Origin: an uncultured Candidatus Scalindua sp. | GTDB taxonomy: Bacteria > Planctomycetota > Brocadiia > Brocadiales > Scalinduaceae | Length of the DNA stretch: 32,000 bases | NCBI GenBank assembly: GCA_964344685.1 | Contig: CAYFOK010000007.1 | Coordinates: 79,771 to 111,770, forward strand | Reading direction: 5' to 3' | Part shown: in pieces, positions 24,536 through 32,000 of the stretch | Layout of the letters: the number at the start of each line of letters is the position of its first letter | Numbering within the stretch: the first letter of the stretch is position 1 | The notes under the pieces: model-generated | Told to the model about the DNA's origin: nothing | What the model saw: the letters and a program-made list of their open reading frames with translations, nothing else | The model's database searches: none | Made by a program: the position numbers and the translations under genes

Positions 24536-25771
24536 ATGGATAATCGGCTGGTAATAACAGGAATAAGTATCTTGTCGCCAATCGGTGTTAACAAGGATGA
24601 GTTCTGGACCAATTTGACGAATGGTGTTTCCGGTATAAAAGATATCACGTTATTTGATGTCTCCAAATATAAAAGTAAAAAAGCCGGTGAAATATCAGAC
24701 TTTGATGCTAAAGAATACCTGGGCAAGAAGGGTATTCGCCACATAGACAGGACATCGTTATTAGTGTCTTCCGCGGCTAAACTTGCCATGGATGATGCCG
24801 GTCTAACTCATGATATTTACGATGCTGATGAACTGGGGATAGCAATCGGGTCAACATATGGCAGCATTGACAGTATCAGCTCATTTGACTTGGAGGGATT
24901 ACAGGAAGGGCCGACTTTTGTCAACCCCATGGCGTTCCCAAACACAGTCCTTAATGCACCAGCGAGCAGGGCATCTATTTTCTGCAATGCGACCGGTTTG
25001 AATTCTACAATATCTACAGGAACTGCCAGCGGGTTGGATGCTATCATTTATGCTTCAGATTTCCTGAAACTTGGCAGAGGAAAGGCTGTGCTAGCCGGTG
25101 GAGTTCATGGTTTAACTGCTGATATTTTCTGGGGAGCTTACAGTTCAGGAATATTGTCAGGGTGCAACAATGGAGACATCGAAATTTCTGCACCATTTGA
25201 TAAAAGACGTAATGGCTTTATAATTGGCGAAGCAGCCGCATTGCTGGTAATAGAAAGAGTTGAAGACGCGTTGGAACGCAATGCACAAATATATGCTGAG
25301 ATAAAAGGATACGGATGTACGTTTAATCCTGACAAGGTCTCTCATGTCGATATGGACACCACACAAGGAGTAAGGTGTATCTCCATGGCAATCGAAGATG
25401 CCGGAATTAGTTCTGACGACATTTCTTACATATCCGCATGTGCAAATTCCAGTGTGACAGGCGACAAAATGGAAGCTAAAATCATTAAAGACTATTTTGG
25501 TGATAACGCTGAAAAGATACCTGTGAGTGCAATAAAGTCTATGACAGGAGAATGCCTTGACGCATCAGGATCATTACAGTGTGTTGCCGGTATTTTGGCA
25601 ATTAAAAATGGTATTATCCCTCCAACAATAAACTTTCAGGAAAAAGATGAAGAGTGCAATCTGGATTGTGTACCCGGCAATAGCAGAGAATCAGAAATTA
25701 AAAATGTACTAGTCAACTCTTTTTCAGACACAGGTAACATTTCAACCGTAATCATCTCAAAATATTCATAA
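24536..25771 (+). CDS. ketosynthase-like protein lacking the catalytic triad (chain-length-factor-like partner)
   Basis: 411 aa, colinear with the upstream KS. At the triad positions it reads STGTASGLDA (Cys to Thr), SACANSS (His to Cys) and GECLDAS (His to Glu). Confidence 0.85.
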   Translation: MDNRLVITGISILSPIGVNKDEFWTNLTNGVSGIKDITLFDVSKYKSKKAGEISDFDAKEYLGKKGIRHIDRTSLLVSSAAKLAMDDAGLTHDIYDADELGIAIGSTYGSIDSISSFDLEGLQEGPTFVNPMAFPNTVLNAPASRASIFCNATGLNSTISTGTASGLDAIIYASDFLKLGRGKAVLAGGVHGLTADIFWGAYSSGILSGCNNGDIEISAPFDKRRNGFIIGEAAALLVIERVEDALERNAQIYAEIKGYGCTFNPDKVSHVDMDTTQGVRCISMAIEDAGISSDDISYISACANSSVTGDKMEAKIIKDYFGDNAEKIPVSAIKSMTGECLDASGSLQCVAGILAIKNGIIPPTINFQEKDEECNLDCVPGNSRESEIKNVLVNSFSDTGNISTVIISKYS

Positions 25772-25789
25772 CTTCAAGCGACAGTTTTC

Positions 25790-27223
25790 ATGAGTAATTT
25801 TTCCCTGAACAAATCTGAAATAGAATCCAAGTACGATGTGATCATTCTGGGAGCCGGGATTGCCGGTCTAATCTGCGGAACTTTTCTGGCAAAACATGGG
25901 AAGAAAGTGCTTATTGTTGAACAACATAGTATTCCCGGGGGTTATTGTACCTCTTTCAAAAGAAAAGGTTTTATTTTTGATGCGGCAGTTCACCATATTG
26001 GCGGATGTGGAAAATGGAGCGTAGTAGGCAGGTGCCTTAAAGAACTAGATATAAATATTAATTTTCTACATCTCGATCCAATGGATAGTATACATTTCCC
26101 TTCATTTTCCATTGATGTACCTGCAGAGATTGACGAATATATAGATCTGCTGAAGGAACGGTTTTCCTCAGAAAGTGATAAAATAACACTGTTTTTTAAG
26201 GAGTTTATTAAATTATACAGGGCCACTTTCAGCATAGAAAAGCATGATATGCTAATCAAATACCAGGACACTACTTATAAGGAGATGCTGGATAATTTCT
26301 TCTCAAACGAACAGCTCAAGATGACACTATCTGCACAGTGGGGGTACATAGGCTCTCCTCCTCATGAGGTTTCGGCTATTGGTATGTGTCAAATGCTGGT
26401 AAATTATCTGAAAGACGGGGCTTATTTCCCTGTTGGCGGCACACAGAATTTCGCTGATGCCATCACTCAGAAATTTATTGACTATGGCGGTCACATTATG
26501 CTATCTTCTAGCGTCGATAAAATACATACAGATGGCAATATTATAAAAGGAGTTACAACGAAAAAAGGAGGGAAAATTCCGGCTGAAACCTTTGTCTCAA
26601 ACATTGATCCCAAACAAACTTTTTTCAGCTTATTAGATAAAGATATCGTCGAGAACTCATTCTTTCGCAAGATCAGGAATATGAAAGAAAGTGTATCATT
26701 CTTTTTACTATACCTTGGCCTTGATAATAAAATAGACCTCAAAGAGCTGAAAAGAGGTTTTTACCATACATCTAATGATTTAAGCTTTTCCGGCAATGAC
26801 TGGTTTTATATTTCCGTTCCTACGGAAGTTGATTCAAGTCTGGCACCTGATAACAAACAAATAATTTCTGTTGTTGTCTCGTCAAGAGACAGTTACGACG
26901 ACATAGAAGATTGGGCAGCATATAAAGAGAAAATGAAAAAACATACAATAAACTACCTGGAAAACTTTGTACCAGATATTCAGGATCATATCGAGGTAAT
27001 AGACGCTGCCACACCTAAGACTCTTTATCGATATACTTACAACTCAAAAGGCGCAGCCTATGGCTGGGCCGTTACCGTAGACCAGACATGGTCAAACAGA
27101 CTTTCACACACAACACCCTTCAATAATCTTTTTCTGGCCGGGCACTGGACAAATCCGGGGCCGGGGATATGTGCGGTTGTATCCTCTGGTTGGAGGGTAG
27201 CTAATATGATTTTAAATAATTAG
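25790..27223 (+). CDS. phytoene-desaturase-family (CrtI-like) FAD-dependent oxidoreductase
   Basis: 477 aa. N-terminal dinucleotide fold YDVIILGAGIAGL..VLIVEQH..PGG, and a C-terminal LFLAGHWTNPGPG motif typical of the CrtI/amine-oxidase family. Confidence 0.85.
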   Translation: MSNFSLNKSEIESKYDVIILGAGIAGLICGTFLAKHGKKVLIVEQHSIPGGYCTSFKRKGFIFDAAVHHIGGCGKWSVVGRCLKELDININFLHLDPMDSIHFPSFSIDVPAEIDEYIDLLKERFSSESDKITLFFKEFIKLYRATFSIEKHDMLIKYQDTTYKEMLDNFFSNEQLKMTLSAQWGYIGSPPHEVSAIGMCQMLVNYLKDGAYFPVGGTQNFADAITQKFIDYGGHIMLSSSVDKIHTDGNIIKGVTTKKGGKIPAETFVSNIDPKQTFFSLLDKDIVENSFFRKIRNMKESVSFFLLYLGLDNKIDLKELKRGFYHTSNDLSFSGNDWFYISVPTEVDSSLAPDNKQIISVVVSSRDSYDDIEDWAAYKEKMKKHTINYLENFVPDIQDHIEVIDAATPKTLYRYTYNSKGAAYGWAVTVDQTWSNRLSHTTPFNNLFLAGHWTNPGPGICAVVSSGWRVANMILNN

Positions 27224-27234
27224 GAGGATAAAAA

Positions 27235-28698
27235 ATGAGAAAAATGATGCTTATCAATCCACATCCCCCAGGAAGGCATGGTGAGGAAAGTATAACTGTC
27301 ATAGTTCAAATGCCTTTAAACCTGGCATACATTGCAGCCCTTACACCGGGTGATTGGGAATTTGACGTAATCGATGAAAATATGGAACTGGCCATTGACG
27401 ATAACGGAGAAATCACATTTGACACAGTGGATATGGTTTGTATCACTTCTGTGACATATCAAGTGTCAAGAGCTTATAAAATTGCTGAGGCCTGCAGAAA
27501 AAAAGGTATGACTGTAGTAATGGGTGGTATACACGCTTCAGTAGTGCCTGAAGAAGCTTCAAAGTATGTAGACGCAATTTTCATCGGTGAAGCAGAAAAC
27601 CTCTGGCCACAAGTCATTAAAGATTTTGAAAACGGTGAACTCAAAAAGAGGTACGATGGTGGCCTGCCGGGTTTGTCAGAGATGAAACATGTATTTCCTG
27701 ACAGGGAACTCCTGAAGAAAAAATATGATTATAAATTTTCATCTATTGTAACAACAAAAGGTTGCCCAAATTACTGTGATTTCTGCAGCGTACCGACCTT
27801 TCAGGGGAAAAAATACAGAGAAAGGCCGTATGAGGATGTTCTGGATGAGATGGAAGCAACAGATTACAAGGGGCTCATGTTCGCAGAAGACAATTTTTAC
27901 GGTCATAGTAAGAACTCTGCCAACAGGGCAAAAGCACTCTTTCGTGGAATGATAGAAAGAGGTGTTAAAAAGGACTGGCTTGGATTTACTGCTCTTAATA
28001 TATCAAAGGATCCAGAAGTACTTGATCTTATGGCAAAGAGCGGAAATTTTGGATTTCTCTGCGGCATAGAATCAACAAATGAAGCAGTCTTGGAGAAGAT
28101 GAATAAAACTACTAACTTAAGGATTGGTGCTGATAAATATTATGACAGCGTTCAAAAAATACACGATCACGGCCTTGTCGTCTGGGGATCAATTGTCCTT
28201 GGTGCAGATGGTGATGACAAAGATTCATTCAAAAGAATGACGGAGTTTGTGCTCGCAAATAATATTGATGTTCTTACTTTCGGCATTAATTGTCCGTTTC
28301 CGAAGACAGCACTTTATGCAAGGCTGGATTCTGAAAAGAGGATCTTCAGAAAGAATTATCCTGAAGACTGGAAATATTACGATACTGCACATGTGGTTCA
28401 CAGACTTGTTGATATGACACTGGAAAATTTCATCGAAGGTATGCAATATATGTATGATAATCTATATGCAGGTGACAATCTGAGATTGAGATTCAGGAAA
28501 TCTCTTCAAACTATTGGCAGTACAACACATGGTAAGCGTAATGCAATGTTCGGTTTCAGAGTCGGTTCTGATTGGATACAGGTATTTGATCAAGTACTTG
28601 AAAACCTTCACAAACTATACGATTCGGGTGATTATTACCAGGATTGGTACAAGAGCAGTGCTGTTACCGTGCCATCAGACAAGGGTGTAGCTGTTTAA
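27235..28698 (+). CDS. B12-binding-domain radical SAM enzyme (class B)
   Basis: 487 aa. N-terminal cobalamin-binding-like domain (DMVCITSVTY...VVMGGIHAS), then the CxxxCxxC cluster TKGCPNYCDFCSVP. A strong RBS (TAGGAGG) lies 12 nt after the upstream stop. Confidence 0.9.
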   Translation: MRKMMLINPHPPGRHGEESITVIVQMPLNLAYIAALTPGDWEFDVIDENMELAIDDNGEITFDTVDMVCITSVTYQVSRAYKIAEACRKKGMTVVMGGIHASVVPEEASKYVDAIFIGEAENLWPQVIKDFENGELKKRYDGGLPGLSEMKHVFPDRELLKKKYDYKFSSIVTTKGCPNYCDFCSVPTFQGKKYRERPYEDVLDEMEATDYKGLMFAEDNFYGHSKNSANRAKALFRGMIERGVKKDWLGFTALNISKDPEVLDLMAKSGNFGFLCGIESTNEAVLEKMNKTTNLRIGADKYYDSVQKIHDHGLVVWGSIVLGADGDDKDSFKRMTEFVLANNIDVLTFGINCPFPKTALYARLDSEKRIFRKNYPEDWKYYDTAHVVHRLVDMTLENFIEGMQYMYDNLYAGDNLRLRFRKSLQTIGSTTHGKRNAMFGFRVGSDWIQVFDQVLENLHKLYDSGDYYQDWYKSSAVTVPSDKGVAV

Positions 28699-28716
28699 TT
28701 CAATTCATTTAAAAAT

Positions 28717-28768
28717 AAAAGGCACAGAAAGAAACTTTGTTATTGCATGTTATTTTTCTGTGCCTTTT
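28717..28768. terminator. bidirectional terminator-like hairpin between convergent genes
   Basis: AAAAGGCACAGAAA ...24-nt loop... TTTCTGTGCCTTTT (14-bp stem) with A/T runs on both sides. Confidence 0.5.
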
Positions 28769-28822
28769 TCTTACTCAATTATAAAAGGTCCTTGCTTACT
28801 GATCAGAAAGTTTGCTTAAAAT

Positions 28823-30775
28823 TCATCTCCTGTGTTCCCATCTCCATTTATCAATTTTCCGCTTTTTATCAAACCTTCTTTTCATTAACTTATTATCCAT
28901 CGGCCTCTGAAAGTCTCTTCTGTGTTGTGTAGGCCTTAAGGATCTCACCGGACGTACGTATCCGCGGTCATTGACCGGACTCCAACTGACAAAGCCATAA
29001 CTAAAATTCACATCCCATGCCGCATTAACCCCCTTTTTCCTGTCTCCGGTCCATATCCATTCCTGATACCTGTCGAAAACAGGTGAAATAAATAATCCAG
29101 CGTTCTTTTTGTCTGGCTCCAACAGCGACATTGCCTCTTCAAGTGTTGGCAAACGCCAATCATGATATCCGGCGTAGCCTCTGTTATTAAACTTCTGCAG
29201 AAGCCTTTTCGCTCCATTCCAGGTTACATCTCTTGGAGTACCGGACTGGTGCCACATCAATCCGGTAGAATGATCTATTACGACATTTTCATTATTGATT
29301 ATATTTACCTCATAATTGTGACTGATAGTACTGTACCCCTTGAACCCGTTCCTATTTTCCTCATTTATTGCTATATGCTGTACCGACTGCGCCTGTATCA
29401 GAGACAAATCTCTTTTATAGTGGGAACGAAGGGATACTCTTTGGTTTTCCCATTGGTCAGTGTGATGTGGCGGCGGTGGAGGTAGAGACGTTTTCTCCAT
29501 TTCCAACTGCCCCCATTCCTCTTCAATCAGTCTTCTTTCCTTGTCTAATTCCTGCCATTCCTCTTCAAGTTTTTGCCTTTCTTCATTCAAGCTACTCTCT
29601 CTCTCCTGCATCTCCATCTCTACTCTTGATATTTCCTGTTCTGCGGTCAAATTATGACCTGCCTCTTCTTCCAGATGCCTCCACTCCTCCTCAATCAGTC
29701 TTCTCTCCTTCTCTAGACTCTGCAACTCTTCTTCAATCCTTTGCCTCTCTTCTTCCAGTATTTTATCATCATTATCCTCAACGTTGTCCTGCTGTTCGTC
29801 TATTACAGTAGACTCGCTTAATACGAATACTTTTACATCTTTTTCACTTTCTTCGCTCTTTTCCGGGGAAGCTCCCGTGACTTCTTCAGTAGTTGTTGTA
29901 GAAGCTGCCTTATCCTCATCATCCAATACGAAAATAAAATCACCTTTATCTAACTTTGGATGACGTATCCTTCCATACTGTGGGTGCTGGCTGCCATTAC
30001 TGTAATTTACCACGCTGGTATCCAGGTACATACCCAATTCCGAACCGGTAATGTACCCATCTTCATTATAGTCCGCATCTCCTTTTATTCCCTGTATTAA
30101 AACCGTATTGAATATGCTGTCGTCAGGAACCTGTTCATCTTGATTACCGGCTGTTATAAACTGTCGGACCGGACGGTTACTCTTCTCAGATATATCGCTT
30201 GGCACACTTTTTAAGGACGCAAACACAGATCCTGAAAAACACGAATCAAACAACATGAGCACATGCTTCGATTTTATTCGTAATGCGTACGTCTCAATCA
30301 AATTCATACTGATTGCTTTTTCGCTGAACCCAATAAGATCCTGATTAAGGACCGGACAATCTTTAGGTATGATGTATCCCAATTTTTCCCCTGTAGCCAG
30401 GGTCTCCGTTTCACCATGACCGGAAAAATAGAACAGAATCGCACGGTCTTCCTCTCTTCCCAATTCATAAGCCAGATTATTTAATTCCTCCTTGAGCTCT
30501 CTGGAGGTTGGATTTAAGAGCATGCTTACGTTAAACCCGAAATCTTCCAGCGCTTTCGACGTTTCCCTGATATCTTCCTCAACCCCCTGCAGATCAGGCC
30601 AGTAATCGTAATTACCAACCCCCACCACCAGTGCATAATAATCCTTGTATAGGTAAAGGCTCTTGCCCTCTTTTGAGACAACACTTATGCCGCGTGTGGA
30701 TGCAAATAGTTGTAACGGAACAATGAGAAGCACCAGTATGAATGCTAAAAAACACAATTGAATAGTTATTCTCAT
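28823..30775 (-). CDS. secreted caspase-like (peptidase C14) protein with a coiled-coil linker and a DUF1566-like C-terminal domain
   Basis: His/Cys dyad context ILFYFSGHGE and VLMLFDSCFSG. The signal peptide is MRITIQLCFLAFILVLLIVPLQLFAS, from the ATG at 30775 (GAGG upstream); the track start is 30814. An E/R/W-rich duplicated coiled coil follows. The C-terminal HDWRLPTLEEAMSL is typical of DUF1566/Lcl-like domains. Confidence 0.8.
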   Translation of the reverse strand: MRITIQLCFLAFILVLLIVPLQLFASTRGISVVSKEGKSLYLYKDYYALVVGVGNYDYWPDLQGVEEDIRETSKALEDFGFNVSMLLNPTSRELKEELNNLAYELGREEDRAILFYFSGHGETETLATGEKLGYIIPKDCPVLNQDLIGFSEKAISMNLIETYALRIKSKHVLMLFDSCFSGSVFASLKSVPSDISEKSNRPVRQFITAGNQDEQVPDDSIFNTVLIQGIKGDADYNEDGYITGSELGMYLDTSVVNYSNGSQHPQYGRIRHPKLDKGDFIFVLDDEDKAASTTTTEEVTGASPEKSEESEKDVKVFVLSESTVIDEQQDNVEDNDDKILEEERQRIEEELQSLEKERRLIEEEWRHLEEEAGHNLTAEQEISRVEMEMQERESSLNEERQKLEEEWQELDKERRLIEEEWGQLEMEKTSLPPPPPHHTDQWENQRVSLRSHYKRDLSLIQAQSVQHIAINEENRNGFKGYSTISHNYEVNIINNENVVIDHSTGLMWHQSGTPRDVTWNGAKRLLQKFNNRGYAGYHDWRLPTLEEAMSLLEPDKKNAGLFISPVFDRYQEWIWTGDRKKGVNAAWDVNFSYGFVSWSPVNDRGYVRPVRSLRPTQHRRDFQRPMDNKLMKRRFDKKRKIDKWRWEHRR

Positions 30776-30898
30776 AGAAATACCTCTATATATTATTTGG
30801 TATTCAATGTTCACTAAAAATGTGGTTCAATCCATCAGATTTGAGCTAGATCCTCTGTAAAAAATCTATTTCATACTTTTTGTCAGTAAATCTCAGGC

Positions 30899-31990
30899 TT
30901 AATGAATCTTATATTTTATAATGGCCTCAGCCTGTTTTATATTGTCAACAAACACAATCTCCTTGTCCTTATCAGTCAGGTGTACAGAATCATAATTCAT
31001 GTTCAGAGAGTTACTTTTAATATTGCCGCTTCCCCTTCTCAGTGAAATTATAATAAGAATAGTGGTATACAGAACAATGTATCCAATACAAATGTAATTC
31101 AATATCAATGTCAAATCACGCGAATCGGCAATCTCAAATTCAATAGTACCATCTCTGTTTTTGATCAATATCCTGCCGGTCTGGTTTGTTTTTTCGAAAC
31201 GTTTTGATAAGCGTAATAAGGGAATGTCCTTAACGTTCTCACGCGGGAACCCACTCCTTATCAGCTTTTCTTTTACTTTCCTTGGATTCTTGACAGGCAA
31301 ATTTATGGCAATCAGAGAGTTATCCAGTCCAGATGATTGAATGTTATCCCAGAGAAGGAATCTAATAGGAAGATAGGCAACCGACAGTGACCATATTATC
31401 AAGGCAATCCACATAAAGATATTTCTGGTTGACAATGACCATAATCTGCTGAAAAAAAATGGAGATTTTTCTGAATTCTCAATATCTATGTTCCGTGAAG
31501 GGTTTATCTTGAAGTCAATATCTTGCTTCTGATTGATCCAGTTTATGGCTTCCTGTCTGTTTTCAGACGGAATCAGTATGTGTCTTATTATTTTAGAATC
31601 TATTGCAGACTTAAGTTTTGCTCTTGTTCCGCCTACTCCACCAATTACACCTTGAGAATCCTTCACCTCTCCGGAAAAGCACCACTCCTCCCACACATTC
31701 TCCCACATCTCTTTCCAATTATTCAAGCACGCTCCAATTCCAACTGCAATAGAAAGACCCATTGAGCTGAAATCGTCACATAAATTGTCATCATCTTTTA
31801 AGGCAGTATCTATCGTGAACTTCTGATCATGGTTATTATTAGAAGACATAACCCTCTCTATTGTCGACCTTAAACTGTTATAGAACCGTGATGGAATTAC
31901 CATATGTTCCTGGTTATTTGGAAAGACAACTATATTGTGGACATTCCCTGCTCCGGAACTTCCATTTCCCGTTACCAGAATTGCCTTCAC
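30899..31990 (-). CDS. Lon-protease C-terminal (S16)-like domain membrane protein, possibly 5'-truncated by the window edge
   Basis: DFSSMGLSIAVGIGA and FSGEVKDSQGVIGGVGGTRAKLKSAIDSKIIRHILIPSENRQEA match the Lon proteolytic-domain pattern (GPSAG..., MTGE...G.V..IGG..EK..AA...G....IIP..N). Two TM segments follow. There is no in-frame stop between 31990 and the window end. Confidence 0.5.
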   Translation of the reverse strand: MKAILVTGNGSSGAGNVHNIVVFPNNQEHMVIPSRFYNSLRSTIERVMSSNNNHDQKFTIDTALKDDDNLCDDFSSMGLSIAVGIGACLNNWKEMWENVWEEWCFSGEVKDSQGVIGGVGGTRAKLKSAIDSKIIRHILIPSENRQEAINWINQKQDIDFKINPSRNIDIENSEKSPFFFSRLWSLSTRNIFMWIALIIWSLSVAYLPIRFLLWDNIQSSGLDNSLIAINLPVKNPRKVKEKLIRSGFPRENVKDIPLLRLSKRFEKTNQTGRILIKNRDGTIEFEIADSRDLTLILNYICIGYIVLYTTILIIISLRRGSGNIKSNSLNMNYDSVHLTDKDKEIVFVDNIKQAEAIIKYKIH

Positions 31991-32000
31991 TTTTATGAAG

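Noticed and set aside
23872-25366. Several 60-90-aa minus-strand ORFs inside the two ketosynthase genes (for example 23872-24060, 24517-24789, 25157-25366)
   Set aside because: They are antisense to strongly supported KS coding sequences, with no RBS or family resemblance. They are typical shadow ORFs. The same applies to the antisense ORFs inside the peptidase, rSAM, CrtI-like, ParA, J-domain and zot genes.

Overview
The window is host chromosome interrupted by one large mobile element. Left flank: an M20 peptidase gene and a complete tRNA-Pro(UGG). A ~16.4-kb AT-rich element (1962-18420) sits in the 3' half of that tRNA. It is bounded by a perfect 47-bp direct repeat, with a tyrosine integrase and excisionase at the tRNA-proximal end.

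The element has three parts:
- a toxin-antitoxin-like patch (PIN, YgiT zinc finger);
- a cargo block: a nucleotidyl-cyclase-like protein, an HTH protein, a small membrane protein and a translationally adjacent J-domain + TPR gene pair;
- a compact, complete filamentous-phage (inovirus-like) module on the minus strand: HUH rolling-circle Rep, candidate ssDNA-binding protein, small hydrophobic proteins, two paralogous 40-aa coat-like proteins, pIII-like and pVI-like proteins, a secretin with a homopolymer frameshift, and a Zot/pI-type ATPase.

A 19-nt motif containing a CTTGATA nick-site-like core brackets the inovirus core in direct orientation. A third, degenerate copy lies in the cargo region. 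A 25-bp tandem TGTCGCCA element occurs once near each att end and looks like integrase arm sites.

Right of attR is host DNA: Zn-ADH, BirA, a K/E-rich membrane protein and an orphan ParA. Then comes a six-gene operon: ACP, FabZ, KS, a KS-like protein lacking the whole catalytic triad, a phytoene-desaturase-like flavoprotein and a B12-radical-SAM enzyme. From memory, this matches the candidate ladderane-lipid cluster of anammox Planctomycetota. The window ends with a secreted caspase-like/coiled-coil/DUF1566-like protein and a Lon-protease-like membrane protein.

I saw no CRISPR array, rRNA or transposase. All homology calls come from motif recognition by eye. No database search was run.
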